Shown here: positions 37,390 to 47,763 of the stretch, piece by piece
Layout of the letters: the number at the start of each line of letters is the position of its first letter
Numbering within the stretch: the stretch's first letter is position 1
Assembly: GCA_041661385.1 (NCBI GenBank)
Contig: JBAZUP010000001.1
Span: 418,560-482,559, forward strand
Source: Patescibacteria group bacterium
GTDB taxonomy: Bacteria > Patescibacteriota > Patescibacteriia > Magasanikbacterales > GWA2-37-8
Reading direction: 5' to 3'
Length of the DNA: 64,000 nt
Made by a program: the position numbers and the translations under genes
The notes under the pieces: model-generated
The model's input: only the letters and a program-made list of their open reading frames with translations
What the model was told of the DNA's origin: nothing
The model's database searches: none

Positions 37390-38532
37390 ATGGCATTAAA
37401 CGATATTGAACAATTGAAAAAATTAATTGAGCCAAGCAAACACATTTTGCTGATTTTTAGCTCCAAAGATAATGGCGATGCCGTAGCAGCCGCCCTCGCC
37501 CTAAAAAATCTTTTTGAAAAACAGCACCGTTTGGCAGATATTGCCTGCAGTGAATTTGTCGCAAAAAAGCAATTTAGCTTTTTGCCGGAAATAAATTCCA
37601 TCCGAAGCTCGCTTACCAATTTACAAAAATTCATCATTAAGGTCGATGTTTCAAAAAACCCGATCGAGTCACTAAGTTATGATATAAAAGATTCGACCCT
37701 AAATATTTATCTTACTCCAAAAAATGGTCTAATAACTAAAAACGAGCTTCGTACCGCCCAGTCCACCTTTAAATATGATTTAATTATTACTCTAAATACT
37801 CCGGATTTGGAATCGCTCGGAAATATTTTCTTTAATAATACGGATTTATTCTACCGCACTCCGGTAGTAGCAATTGACCACGGCGCCAGCAACGAACGCT
37901 ATGGACAGGTAAATATTATTGATTTGTCCGCCACCTCAACCTCGGAAATCGTTTACAAAATTGTAAAAGATGCCGGTGAAAATTACTTTGATGAAAAAAT
38001 TTCTACCGCTATTCTTACCGGTATGACCATTGCCACCGGCAGTTTTAAACAACCGAACCTCTCACCTACCACCCTACAAATCGCAAGCAGCCTCATGGCA
38101 CGCGGCGCCGACCGAGAAAAAATTATTCAAAATCTTTACCACACCCGTTCAATTGCGACTTTAAAACTTTGGGGTGAAGCCTTGACCCATCTTCAAATTA
38201 ATCCGCGCCTTGGCTTCGTCTCGACCACTCTTACCCGAGATAATTTTATTCGCTCTGGCGGTTCACCAGACGATTTGCATGGTATTATTGAGGAATTAAT
38301 AAGTAATTCGCCGGAAGCAAAAGTTTTTGCCTTGCTTTATGAAATTGATAATGGTGAGAAAAAAATCGGCGTGCTAGTCGCAGCCGAAAAAAACTTCGAT
38401 GCTATGCATTTGGCGAGACCGCTTCAACCTGAAGGCAATCGTCATTTGGCAAAAATACTTATTAGAGGAAAAACTTTGGCCGAAGCCGAAACACTGGTGC
38501 TTAAGACAATTTCGGACGCAATGCCAAATTAA
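37390..38532 (+). CDS. DHH-family phosphoesterase-like protein (NrnA-like, degenerate motifs)
   Basis: NGDAVAAALAL, IDHGASN..YG.VN, TSTSEIV, ATGSF, LKLWG.AL. Confidence 0.8.
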   Translation: MALNDIEQLKKLIEPSKHILLIFSSKDNGDAVAAALALKNLFEKQHRLADIACSEFVAKKQFSFLPEINSIRSSLTNLQKFIIKVDVSKNPIESLSYDIKDSTLNIYLTPKNGLITKNELRTAQSTFKYDLIITLNTPDLESLGNIFFNNTDLFYRTPVVAIDHGASNERYGQVNIIDLSATSTSEIVYKIVKDAGENYFDEKISTAILTGMTIATGSFKQPNLSPTTLQIASSLMARGADREKIIQNLYHTRSIATLKLWGEALTHLQINPRLGFVSTTLTRDNFIRSGGSPDDLHGIIEELISNSPEAKVFALLYEIDNGEKKIGVLVAAEKNFDAMHLARPLQPEGNRHLAKILIRGKTLAEAETLVLKTISDAMPN

Positions 38533-38560
38533 AAAATCTCCCGAAGCAGGAGATTTTTTT
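38531..38560. terminator. bidirectional terminator
   Basis: AAAAAATCTCC-CGAAGCA-GGAGATTTTTTT. Confidence 0.75.
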
Positions 38561-38621
38561 GTTATCTTAAATTTATTTCAGAATCTATACGAATCAAACT
38601 CCGCATGACAACCTTTATAAA

Positions 38622-40208
38622 CTAAATTAGCGGTACGCCCGTCATTTCTGGTGGTTGTTCAATATCTAGTAATTTTAATACTGTTGGAGCGATATCAGCA
38701 AGCACACCAACCGGCGCGAGCAAGCTTAAATCTCCTTCTGGCGGATCTCCGCCCGGACCAGCTTGACCCCTAAAATCATCGCCGATAATAACACATGGTA
38801 CCGGATTTACCGAATGCTCCTTATCCATTTCAGTAGTTTGTAAATTTAATAATTCTTCGGCATTGCCATGATCAGCGGTAAAAATAACGACCCCTTCATG
38901 AGCGAGAGTGTGTTTTACTACTTCGCCTAACCCAATATCGGCCGCTTCGCACGCCGCGATGGTTGCCGGAAGATTGCCAGTATGACCAACCATATCGGCG
39001 TTCGCAAAATTTATTACCACAAAATCATAATTGCCGCTGTCGATTGCTTTAATCGCTTCTTTTGTTACTCCGGGTGCGGACATTTCCGGCAACTCCGCGT
39101 AGCTGCCAATTCTCGGCGAAGGAACTAAAACTCGATCTTCACCAGGAAATTGCTCTTCAACCGTACCGTTTAGAAAAAATGTAACGTGGCCATATTTTTC
39201 GGTTTCCGCGATATGTATCTGTTTTAAATTATTTTTACTTATTACTTCGGCAAGACAATTGTGAACAACAATAGGTTCATAAGCAACCACGACCGGAATA
39301 TTTTTTTCATATTCCATCATGGTTACAAAAAATAAATTCTCGATTCGATCTCTTTCAAAACCGGTAAAAGCCGGCAACACAAAAGCTTTGGTAAGTTCAC
39401 GCGCCCGATCCGGCCGAAAATTAAAAAATATCGCGGCATCGTTTTTTTCAATTGAACCAACTGGGGCGCCTTTCATATCGGTAATCACCGTCGGAACAAA
39501 TTCTTCATCGTAAACTTTTTCATTATAAGAATCCATTACTGCCTGTTCGGGGTCAGCCGATTTCTTTTCCGACTGGCCGAGCGCCATGGCGTGATAAGCT
39601 CTTTCTACACGCTGCCAGCGGTTGTCGCGATCGAGCGCGTAAAACCGGCCCGAAATAGTCGCGATTTGCCCCACTTGCAAGGTGGCCAATTTTTGCCTTA
39701 GATCTTTTATTAAACTCACTCCAAGATTAAAACCACAATCGCGACCGTCCAAAATGGCGTGCACATAAACTTGCTTATTTAATCCGTTACGTTTGCATAG
39801 TTCAAGCAAGGCATAAAGATGATCCATGCTAGAGTGAACATTTCCCGAGCTAAGCATGCCAATAAGATGCAAAGAAGAATGATTTGTTTTCGCATGTTCA
39901 ATCGCCCGAAGGAAGGCCTGATTTTCAAAAAAACTTCCATCAGCAATAGATTGGTTGATACGCGGACAAGATTGATAATAGACGCGGCCAGCGCCAATAT
40001 TCAAGTGGCCGACTTCAGAATTGCCGATTTCTCCAAACAAAAGACCCACTTCATTTCCGGAAGCGTAAAGTGTCATTGCCGGATAATTTTTGAGGTATTC
40101 CGAAAAATTCGGGGTCTTGGCCTTGGTAATAGCATTTCCTTCGCTCGGTGGAGCTACTCCCCAACCGTCAAAAATTGTCAGCACTACCGGCCGGTAATGT
40201 TTCGCCAT
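38622..40208 (-). CDS. gpmI: 2,3-bisphosphoglycerate-independent phosphoglycerate mutase (copy 2)
   Basis: DGWG, GNSEVGH, DGRD, GRFYALDRD, NFRPDRAR, AETEKYGHVT, NADMVGHTG, TADHGNAE. Confidence 0.96.
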   Translation of the reverse strand: MAKHYRPVVLTIFDGWGVAPPSEGNAITKAKTPNFSEYLKNYPAMTLYASGNEVGLLFGEIGNSEVGHLNIGAGRVYYQSCPRINQSIADGSFFENQAFLRAIEHAKTNHSSLHLIGMLSSGNVHSSMDHLYALLELCKRNGLNKQVYVHAILDGRDCGFNLGVSLIKDLRQKLATLQVGQIATISGRFYALDRDNRWQRVERAYHAMALGQSEKKSADPEQAVMDSYNEKVYDEEFVPTVITDMKGAPVGSIEKNDAAIFFNFRPDRARELTKAFVLPAFTGFERDRIENLFFVTMMEYEKNIPVVVAYEPIVVHNCLAEVISKNNLKQIHIAETEKYGHVTFFLNGTVEEQFPGEDRVLVPSPRIGSYAELPEMSAPGVTKEAIKAIDSGNYDFVVINFANADMVGHTGNLPATIAACEAADIGLGEVVKHTLAHEGVVIFTADHGNAEELLNLQTTEMDKEHSVNPVPCVIIGDDFRGQAGPGGDPPEGDLSLLAPVGVLADIAPTVLKLLDIEQPPEMTGVPLI

Positions 40209-40290
40209 ATTCGAAATAAGTGAGGAAATATTTAAATGTATTAAATTATTTCCGAACTACAAAGAATTGAAGTTTAACTGGTTAATATTT

Positions 40291-41853
40291 TTAAAACAGT
40301 GGTTTTCCTGTCATTTCTCTAGGCGCTTTAATATCCATAAGTTTTAAGATTGTCGGCGCCACATCACACAGTCTACCCGCTCTAAGATTTTTTTTCAACT
40401 TTAGCCTCTTAAAATCTTTTGTATCAGACACAATGATAAACGGAACAGGATTTATTGAATGTTCCGAATCAGTTTCTCCGGTTTTGGAATTTATCATTTC
40501 TTCGGCATTACCATGATCGGCAGTAATGACACAAATTGCCCCCGCCTTAATAGTAGCACTAACGATTTTTCCTAAAACTTCATCAAGCGCCCTTACCGCT
40601 TTTTTCCCGGCTTCAAGATTTCCAGTATGACCAATCATATCGGCATTCGCAAAATTTACGGCAATAAACTCATATTCATTTTTTTCAATGGCTTTTATCA
40701 CGTGACTTCCAAGTTCTCGCGATTTCATTTCCGGTTTATTTACAAAATTCTTTAAATGATCTGATTCAATTTTTACCCATTGCTCATCACAAAAATGCTG
40801 GGCATAACCGCCATTCAAAAAATAGGTAACATGCGCGAATTTCTCTGATTCCGCAATATATAGCTGATGTTTTGGGCAAAGTACCGCCACCAAACTATTC
40901 TTCACGTCACGACTCGGAAATGCCGTAAAAATACCGGCCAGATCCGGACCAAAATCTGTCATCGCTACGAAGCGATTGTTTTTGGGAACATGAGCGCGGT
41001 GAAATGCTCCCGGATTAGATTTTTCAAAATCCTTTTGCACCAACGATTTTGTAAGTTGGCGGGCCCGGTCGCTGCGTAAATTAAAAAAGAAAAACACGTC
41101 ATTATCTTTGACCGTGGCAACCGGTTTATTATTTTCGGTAATAACCGTCGGTGAAATGAACTCATCGCTTTCTTCGGAATTATAAGCCATTGAGATTGCC
41201 TCTTCTGCTCCACTCGCCATTTTTCCTTTTCCGCACACAATAGCATTATAAGCGGCTTCAGTTCGCTCCCAAACTTTATTGCGGTCCATCGCGTAAAACC
41301 TACCCATCACGGTCGCAATTTTTTCATTACCGTGAAAATGAGCTTCCAATTTATTTAAGTGTGACAGAGCATCATGCTGACCGGAATCTCGTCCATCGGT
41401 AAATAGATGTAAAAATACTTTTTTTACACCTTCTTTATGGAATAAATCGAGTAACGCATAAACATGTTCCGGACAAGAATGAGCACTATTATGATTCGAC
41501 AAAAGACCCATCACATGCACGCTTGTTTGATATTTTTTTACGTGATGTATCGCCTGCTGAAAAGCATTATTTTTGAAAAAAGAATCATCTTTGATAGCAT
41601 CGGAAACATAAATCGCATCCTGTTTTACCACCCGACCGGCGCCGATATTCAAGTGCCCAGCTTCGCTATTTCCTTCCTGCCCTTTTCGAAGCCCGACCGC
41701 CTCACCGCTTGCTTCCAATTCTGAACTTGGATAATCCTTGAGCCATTTATAAAAATTCGGCGCGGTTTGCGGCGTTATGGCGCTGGCCTTACAATTTTTT
41801 GCCGGCATCCCCCAACCATCCAAAATAATAAGCAGAGTCGTTTGCTTTGGCAT
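40291..41853 (-). CDS. gpmI: 2,3-bisphosphoglycerate-independent phosphoglycerate mutase (copy 1)
   Basis: DGWG, GNSEAGH, DGRD, GRFYAMDR, SEKFAHVT, NADMIGHTG, TADHGNAE. Confidence 0.96.
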   Translation of the reverse strand: MPKQTTLLIILDGWGMPAKNCKASAITPQTAPNFYKWLKDYPSSELEASGEAVGLRKGQEGNSEAGHLNIGAGRVVKQDAIYVSDAIKDDSFFKNNAFQQAIHHVKKYQTSVHVMGLLSNHNSAHSCPEHVYALLDLFHKEGVKKVFLHLFTDGRDSGQHDALSHLNKLEAHFHGNEKIATVMGRFYAMDRNKVWERTEAAYNAIVCGKGKMASGAEEAISMAYNSEESDEFISPTVITENNKPVATVKDNDVFFFFNLRSDRARQLTKSLVQKDFEKSNPGAFHRAHVPKNNRFVAMTDFGPDLAGIFTAFPSRDVKNSLVAVLCPKHQLYIAESEKFAHVTYFLNGGYAQHFCDEQWVKIESDHLKNFVNKPEMKSRELGSHVIKAIEKNEYEFIAVNFANADMIGHTGNLEAGKKAVRALDEVLGKIVSATIKAGAICVITADHGNAEEMINSKTGETDSEHSINPVPFIIVSDTKDFKRLKLKKNLRAGRLCDVAPTILKLMDIKAPREMTGKPLF

Positions 41854-41854
41854 A

Positions 41855-43102
41855 TTAAAATCCTAATTCTAGCTCAATCTCCATAAGACGATTGTATTTT
41901 TCAACTCGCTCCGAACGGGAAAGCGAGCCAGTTTTTATAAATTCCGCGTTTACCGCAACCGCCAAATCGGCAATAAAAGTATCTGATGTTTCTCCGCTAC
42001 GGTGTGAAATAATTACTTTATAACCATTTTGTTTTGCCAGTTTTATTGCCGCAATTGTCTCCGTCAAAGTTCCAATCTGATTTAATTTTATGAGTACCGC
42101 ATTACCAACTTTTTCTTTTATTCCTTTTTGAATTCTATCAACGTTCGTTACAAAAAGATCATCCCCAACCAAAGCCACTTTATTACCAAGTTCTTTGGTT
42201 AATTTTTTCCAATTCGTCCAATCATCTTCCGATAAACCATCTTCAATCAAAATCAAAGGATATTTTTTTAGCCAATCTTTATAATTCGCTACTAGTCGAT
42301 CCGCTTGCCAGCTCTGTTTTTTGCTGACGAAATAATAATTGCCTTTTTTATAAAATTCAGATGCCGCGACATCAAGACCCAAAAAAACATCCTTTCCGGC
42401 TTCCCAACCGGCTTCTTTTATTGCCTGAACCAAAAGCTGTAAAGCTCTTTCATTGTTTTGCAAAGTTGGAGCAAATCCGCCTTCATCGCCGACTGAGGTG
42501 GTAAATCCTTTTTGACTAAGAATTTGCGCGAGGGCATGAAAAATTTGCGAGCCCATTCTTACTCGTTCGCGAAATAATTTTGCCCTGGGGATTATCATGA
42601 ATTCCTGAATTGTTAATCCGTTATCGGCATGTCGACCGCCATTTAAAATATTCATGGTTGGAACCGGCAATCGAAATTCCTTTTCTTTCAAACGAAAAGT
42701 GGAACGAACATATTTATAAAGTGGAACTCCCCGGTTTGCGGCAGACGCTCTTGCCGCAGCTAGTGATACGGCCAAAATCGCATTGGCGCCAAGCCTTGAT
42801 TTGCTGGGTGTGCCATCGAGTAATATCATTTTTTCATCAATCTCTTCTTGGTTCTCTACGTCGATACCTTTTAGGGCTGGGCCGATTTTTGTGACAACAT
42901 TTTTTACCGCTCGCAAAACCCCTTTTCCGCCATAGCGTTTACCGCCGTCTCTTAGTTCAAGGGCCTCATGGCTGCCGGTAGAGGCGCCAGACGGAACCTT
43001 GGCACTACCGGTAACACCATTTACAAGCATGACTGTAGCTTCAACCGTCGGATTACCTCTTGAATCGAGGATTTCTCTTGCACTAATATTTTTTATTTTC
43101 AT
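41855..43102 (-). CDS. eno: enolase
   Basis: REILDSRGNPTVE, VPSGASTG, VGDEGGFAP, KLNQIGTL, SHRSGET. Confidence 0.98.
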   Translation of the reverse strand: MKIKNISAREILDSRGNPTVEATVMLVNGVTGSAKVPSGASTGSHEALELRDGGKRYGGKGVLRAVKNVVTKIGPALKGIDVENQEEIDEKMILLDGTPSKSRLGANAILAVSLAAARASAANRGVPLYKYVRSTFRLKEKEFRLPVPTMNILNGGRHADNGLTIQEFMIIPRAKLFRERVRMGSQIFHALAQILSQKGFTTSVGDEGGFAPTLQNNERALQLLVQAIKEAGWEAGKDVFLGLDVAASEFYKKGNYYFVSKKQSWQADRLVANYKDWLKKYPLILIEDGLSEDDWTNWKKLTKELGNKVALVGDDLFVTNVDRIQKGIKEKVGNAVLIKLNQIGTLTETIAAIKLAKQNGYKVIISHRSGETSDTFIADLAVAVNAEFIKTGSLSRSERVEKYNRLMEIELELGF

Positions 43103-43201
43103 ATCAAATGATAGATAATGTCTGAATATTGATGCTCCAAGTATAACATAAAAAAATGTATTAAAAAAGGGGCTTTTAACCCCTTTTTAAACTATATTAT
43201 C

Positions 43202-44074
43202 TTACCAGCGCGGTGTCAAAATTTTGTAGGTAATACTGACATTCATGACAATATCCTGGCTTCCGGATGCTACTTCGGCCGGACCGCCATAACCACCGCC
43301 GCCGCCAATTCCATCGACTTTTGCATAGCTACTATAAATCGGCATTGGGGAATTTTCGTAGTCGGAATAAGAAATTACTTCTCCAAGCTGAACGCCGAGC
43401 ATTTGAGCTAATTGCACAGATTTTTTCTTGGCATCGAGCAAGGCTTTGGCGCGCGCTTCTGATTTTAGATTTTCTGTATCATCGATGGTAAAACTTAATC
43501 CACCGACTTGGTTCGCTCCATATTTGCCAGGTAAAGATAAAATATCACTAATCTTGTTCAAATCGCGAATTTTAACTGTGACATTATTGTTTACCCGATA
43601 ACCCTTAAAGGTTGTGCCTTTTTGAGTGTAGTCATATTCCGGATTGATGGAGTAATTACTTTGCATGTCTTTTGCGTCAATTCCTTGTTTTTTTAGATCG
43701 GCAACAACTTGATCCATTACTTTTTTATTTTCGGTTTGGGCTTTAGCAACGTCGGTATTCAAATTTGAAAAACCGATTGTCGTGACCGCGATATCATTAC
43801 TGCCGGTAATTTTGGCAGTTCCAACCACCGAAATCATACGCTCCATGGTGTCGGCGTGGCCAATGGTGTCATATTTTTTTATGTTGTTGCGCATTAAAGT
43901 GCCAACATAAAAAGTTAAATAAACAATCAGTACTCCAACTAGGGTCATTAGAATTTGTTTTCCAAAGTGCCCGTGACCGTGACAACATTTTCCAGCCTCA
44001 TGATGATTATTCATACCTGGAGTTGCCGAAGCATTATCGCCGGCAGATTCAATTTTTTTAAAACCGATAGGCAT
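43202..44074 (-). CDS. SIMPL domain (DUF541) protein
   Basis: TM anchor, ISVVGTAKI, YSINPEYDY, ARAKALLDAKKK...LGVQLG. Confidence 0.88.
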   Translation of the reverse strand: MPIGFKKIESAGDNASATPGMNNHHEAGKCCHGHGHFGKQILMTLVGVLIVYLTFYVGTLMRNNIKKYDTIGHADTMERMISVVGTAKITGSNDIAVTTIGFSNLNTDVAKAQTENKKVMDQVVADLKKQGIDAKDMQSNYSINPEYDYTQKGTTFKGYRVNNNVTVKIRDLNKISDILSLPGKYGANQVGGLSFTIDDTENLKSEARAKALLDAKKKSVQLAQMLGVQLGEVISYSDYENSPMPIYSSYAKVDGIGGGGGYGGPAEVASGSQDIVMNVSITYKILTPRW

Positions 44075-44148
44075 ATTTTTTCCTCCTGAACCCAAACGGG
44101 TTCTTAAATATAATTAAAAATTTATTAAATAATATTCACTTCCGGAAT

Positions 44149-45321
44149 CTATTTTAACGCTTTTAAGCCCGGCAACTTATCTCCCGATAAAAATTCCAGC
44201 ATTGCGCCTCCACCGGTCGAAACCAAATCAATATCCGTCATCGCTCGAATTTTTTCCAAGATTTGCACAGTTTCTCCGCCGCCGCAAACCCCGAGCGCGT
44301 GACCTTTGGAGCGAGCTGCGAACAACCTCGCGAGTGAAAAAGTGCCATATTGGTAAGGATGCTGTTCAAACATACCAAGCGCGCCATTCCATACCAAAGT
44401 TTTCGCTTTTTTCAGATATTTCGCAAATAAATGCACAGATTCCGGACCAATATCATAAATCGCTTCATTTTTACCGACCGATAATTCCGAAACTTTTACT
44501 ACTCTAACTTTATTTCCTTTGGCATCACCCACAATTACATCCACCGGCAAAATTACTTTTCTATTTTCACAATATCGCTTAACTTCTTTTTCTAAACCTT
44601 TACTATAAATTGATTTTCCGATCGGTTTCTTTAGTGAAGCGAGATAGGTGTTAAAAATTCCTCCGCCCACCAAAATATAATCGGCAATCGGTAATAATTT
44701 TTTTAATACCGGAATTTTTGTTTCTGCTTTAGCGCCGCCAAGCATCACGAGGAGCGGCCGCTTTGGCCGGCGTAGCACATTAGATAAAACGGTAATTTCT
44801 TCAAAAAGTAACAAACCGGCATAAGATGGAACATATTTCGCAACCCCCGAAACCGAGGCAGCCCGACGATGAGCAACTGCAAAGCCATCGAGAACAAAGA
44901 TATCACAAAGGCTCGCGAGCACTTTTGATAAATGCTGGCCTTCCGTTTCTTCATCTTTTAAAAAACGAATATTTTCGAGCATCGCAACCGAACCATTTGG
45001 CATAGCAGAAACTGCCGCCTGGGTATTTCTCCAATCTTGCCCTTTGGTAATCGGCAATAATTTAACTTTTCTTTGTAATAAATCTTCGAGACGATGCACG
45101 ACCGGTTTTAAACTATGTTTTGAATCTATTCCGTTTGGCCGACCAAGATGACTAACAAGTACCACTCGAGCGCCCTGATTTAACAAATATTCAATGGTAG
45201 GTAAACTCCGAGATAATTTATAATCACTAACCACTTTTCCTTTGTGAATAGAAACGTTGAAATCCACTCGAACTAACACTTTTTTGCCGGTAAGGTTTTT
45301 TATTTGTCGCACCGATTTCAT
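44149..45321 (-). CDS. pgk: phosphoglycerate kinase
   Basis: VLVRVDFNV, SHLGRP, LENIRF, GGAK, WNG.LG.FE, STGGGAMLE. Confidence 0.97.
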   Translation of the reverse strand: MKSVRQIKNLTGKKVLVRVDFNVSIHKGKVVSDYKLSRSLPTIEYLLNQGARVVLVSHLGRPNGIDSKHSLKPVVHRLEDLLQRKVKLLPITKGQDWRNTQAAVSAMPNGSVAMLENIRFLKDEETEGQHLSKVLASLCDIFVLDGFAVAHRRAASVSGVAKYVPSYAGLLLFEEITVLSNVLRRPKRPLLVMLGGAKAETKIPVLKKLLPIADYILVGGGIFNTYLASLKKPIGKSIYSKGLEKEVKRYCENRKVILPVDVIVGDAKGNKVRVVKVSELSVGKNEAIYDIGPESVHLFAKYLKKAKTLVWNGALGMFEQHPYQYGTFSLARLFAARSKGHALGVCGGGETVQILEKIRAMTDIDLVSTGGGAMLEFLSGDKLPGLKALK

Positions 45322-45470
45322 AAGCGAAATGAATGAGGGAAACGAAAGCTTGCTTCTGTTTCCGAGTGAATGAGCCTATATGGCGAAGCCTGATATAAAA
45401 AAATAATGATTACTTCTCTTGTAATCATTATACCACATTTTATCGCTGTCAAAAAATTTGCGAAGCCCAT

Positions 45471-46520
45471 TTATCTGCCGCTAATCTCTGCGTATCCTTC
45501 ATCATCCGGCCAAATATAATTTTCAAAAACCCACTCTGAAATATCTCTGGCTTCGGTAAATCTTTTTTCGTTTGAGGCGGCACCCAAAATCACAGTCCGA
45601 AGGACATGCGATTTTTCGCCGGGAATCCTAACCACAAAATTATAACCAGACTGATCGATGAAGCCGGTTTTTCCGGCAAGAACATCTTTATCAAAATTAT
45701 TTGGAATCCAATTAATTAAAAGCCAGTCCGTGCTCCAAACATGATGTTTAGTTTTATTATTTAGAGGTACGGCAAAGTATTCACCCATTTTCAAAGTTTC
45801 AGAAATTTTATCCACTTTTAATGCCGCCTTCAGCAAACGCAAAACATCTACCGCCTTACCCATATTTCTTTCGTCGAGTCCGGTTGATTCTACAAACTGT
45901 AGTGAATTAAGCCCCAGTGCTTCCGCTTTCTCGTTCATTTTTTTTACAAAATCTTCTTCGTTAAGGCCAGTCACTCGCGCCAGGGCGCGAATCGCGCTGT
46001 TGGACGAACCGATAAGCGCTACTTTCCATAAATCATCTAAAATATATTTTTCTCCTTCATTAAGATGATGGCTGGACGGATCGGTATCATTCTCCGATAT
46101 TATTGTCGAAGAATTCCAATCGAGATTAAGATCATTTAAAACCAAAGCTGACATGAGTTTGGTAATACTCGCAAGCGATCTGACTTCATCAATATTTTTT
46201 TTATACAAAATTGTATTACTTTTATCGTCTACAACAACTACTACTGCGGCGCTAAGATTGCCGGGGTAGACTGCCAGGCTGTTTTTTAATAATGGCGTTG
46301 CCGGTCGGCTAACCGGTAAAACCGGCAGCAGTTCGTCTCCGCCTTTTTTATATGGCTCAGCTTGGGCGACTTGTGTTTGGTCAACAATTTTTTCAACCGG
46401 TTTGGCGGTAATTGTAACGGATCCCAAAAATACCAGACCAACGCCTAGCACCATGACCCCAACTGATGAAAGATAATCCGATAATTTTTTTGATATCACA
46501 TTATTCTTTTTCGGACCCAA
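45471..46520 (-). CDS. D-alanyl-D-alanine carboxypeptidase/endopeptidase (peptidase S11)
   Basis: SxxK (ASITKLM), SxN (SSNS), KTG motifs; N-terminal TM. Confidence 0.9.
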   Translation of the reverse strand: MGPKKNNVISKKLSDYLSSVGVMVLGVGLVFLGSVTITAKPVEKIVDQTQVAQAEPYKKGGDELLPVLPVSRPATPLLKNSLAVYPGNLSAAVVVVVDDKSNTILYKKNIDEVRSLASITKLMSALVLNDLNLDWNSSTIISENDTDPSSHHLNEGEKYILDDLWKVALIGSSNSAIRALARVTGLNEEDFVKKMNEKAEALGLNSLQFVESTGLDERNMGKAVDVLRLLKAALKVDKISETLKMGEYFAVPLNNKTKHHVWSTDWLLINWIPNNFDKDVLAGKTGFIDQSGYNFVVRIPGEKSHVLRTVILGAASNEKRFTEARDISEWVFENYIWPDDEGYAEISGR

Positions 46521-47061
46521 CCACGATTTGATTTAAAGTATTATTAATAAATTCATGATTGTGCAATGTTTCGTATTCGGGCAGTTCGGCCAAATTTGAA
46601 ACGCCAAGGTGCTGTAAATATTCCATGGTTACCTCGTAGGCCGGTAATAAATTATTTTCCGTTCCGGCTTCTTTGATTAAACCGCGAATTAATAAATTAC
46701 GTAAAATTAGACTGCAGTTCACACCGCGAATCTGCTCAATCTCCGGCTTCGTTAGCGGACCGCAATAAGAAATAACAGTAAGAGTCTCGAGTTGCGGCCG
46801 GGTAAGCTCACCGCTAATTTCTGTTTTAATAAAATGTTCGGCCACCGTGCGATTTTCCGGGTGCGCGACCAATTGAAATTCGCTATTGGTTTGAAACAAA
46901 ACTACTCCCGAAGAATTAGTGTCGTATTTTCCCTGCAATACTTTCAATTCCTTTTCAACCGCATCTTCATCAATCGCTAAAACTTTCGCAATTTTTTTTA
47001 TTGAAAGCGGTTTAGAGGCAACAAATAAAATTGATTCGATTTGAGAAATTAGAGCCGGCAT
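46501..47061 (-). CDS. scpB: SMC-Scp complex subunit ScpB
   Basis: IESILF, LETL.VISY..P.TKPEIEQIRGVN, LLIRGLI. Confidence 0.95.
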   Translation of the reverse strand: MPALISQIESILFVASKPLSIKKIAKVLAIDEDAVEKELKVLQGKYDTNSSGVVLFQTNSEFQLVAHPENRTVAEHFIKTEISGELTRPQLETLTVISYCGPLTKPEIEQIRGVNCSLILRNLLIRGLIKEAGTENNLLPAYEVTMEYLQHLGVSNLAELPEYETLHNHEFINNTLNQIVVGSEKE

Positions 47062-47062
47062 A

Positions 47063-47755
47063 CTAAACTTTATTTATCATCATATCGTTAAAAGAATTTT
47101 TTTGATTCACGGATATTTTTTCTTGCTTCAGTAATTCGAGAAGCGCGAGAAAACTGACGATAACTTCACTGCGGTTGGAATCTGAATTAAAAATATCTTT
47201 GAAACTGAGTTGGTTTAATTTTTTCAGACTTTCGTAAATTGATTTAATTTTTTGTTGTACCGATACGGTATGATCAATTCTAACTTCCGGCAACGGATTA
47301 ATCGGCTTTAATCTTTTTAAAAGCAATACAAAAGAATTTTTTAATTCTACGGCTGTGGCGTTCTGCGGAGCGGTAAACCCGGTTAAGACCGGCGCCGGCT
47401 CAACGCGTCCATATGCCATTTTTCCCTCGCCCCACAATTTTTCCACAAACTTACTGGCATCCGCGTAGCGCTTATAAAATTTCAGCTGCTCACTAAGGCT
47501 TAGCCCTTCTTCTTCGGGCGGGTACAGGTACGGCAAAAGCTGGCGCGATTTTATATAAACCAAACGCGTCGCTATTACCAAGAAATCTGCCAATTCATCG
47601 GACCGATTTTCATCCATTCCGGACAAAAATTGAAAAAACTGGTCCGTTACATCAGATAAAGAAACATCCGTAATGGCAAGTTTTTCATTCTCAATGAGCT
47701 GTAACAACAAATCCAACGGCCCTTCAAATTTTTCCAGCTTGAGTTCCTTGGGCAT
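47063..47755 (-). CDS. scpA: segregation/condensation protein A
   Basis: FEGPLDLLLQLI, IKSRQLLP, VIVSFLALLELLK. Confidence 0.95.
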   Translation of the reverse strand: MPKELKLEKFEGPLDLLLQLIENEKLAITDVSLSDVTDQFFQFLSGMDENRSDELADFLVIATRLVYIKSRQLLPYLYPPEEEGLSLSEQLKFYKRYADASKFVEKLWGEGKMAYGRVEPAPVLTGFTAPQNATAVELKNSFVLLLKRLKPINPLPEVRIDHTVSVQQKIKSIYESLKKLNQLSFKDIFNSDSNRSEVIVSFLALLELLKQEKISVNQKNSFNDMMINKV

Positions 47756-47763
47756 AAACCTCT

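Noticed and set aside
45322-45395. Purine-rich, weakly palindromic stretch upstream of pgk
   Set aside because: May be a small repeat remnant but no second copy or clear structure was found
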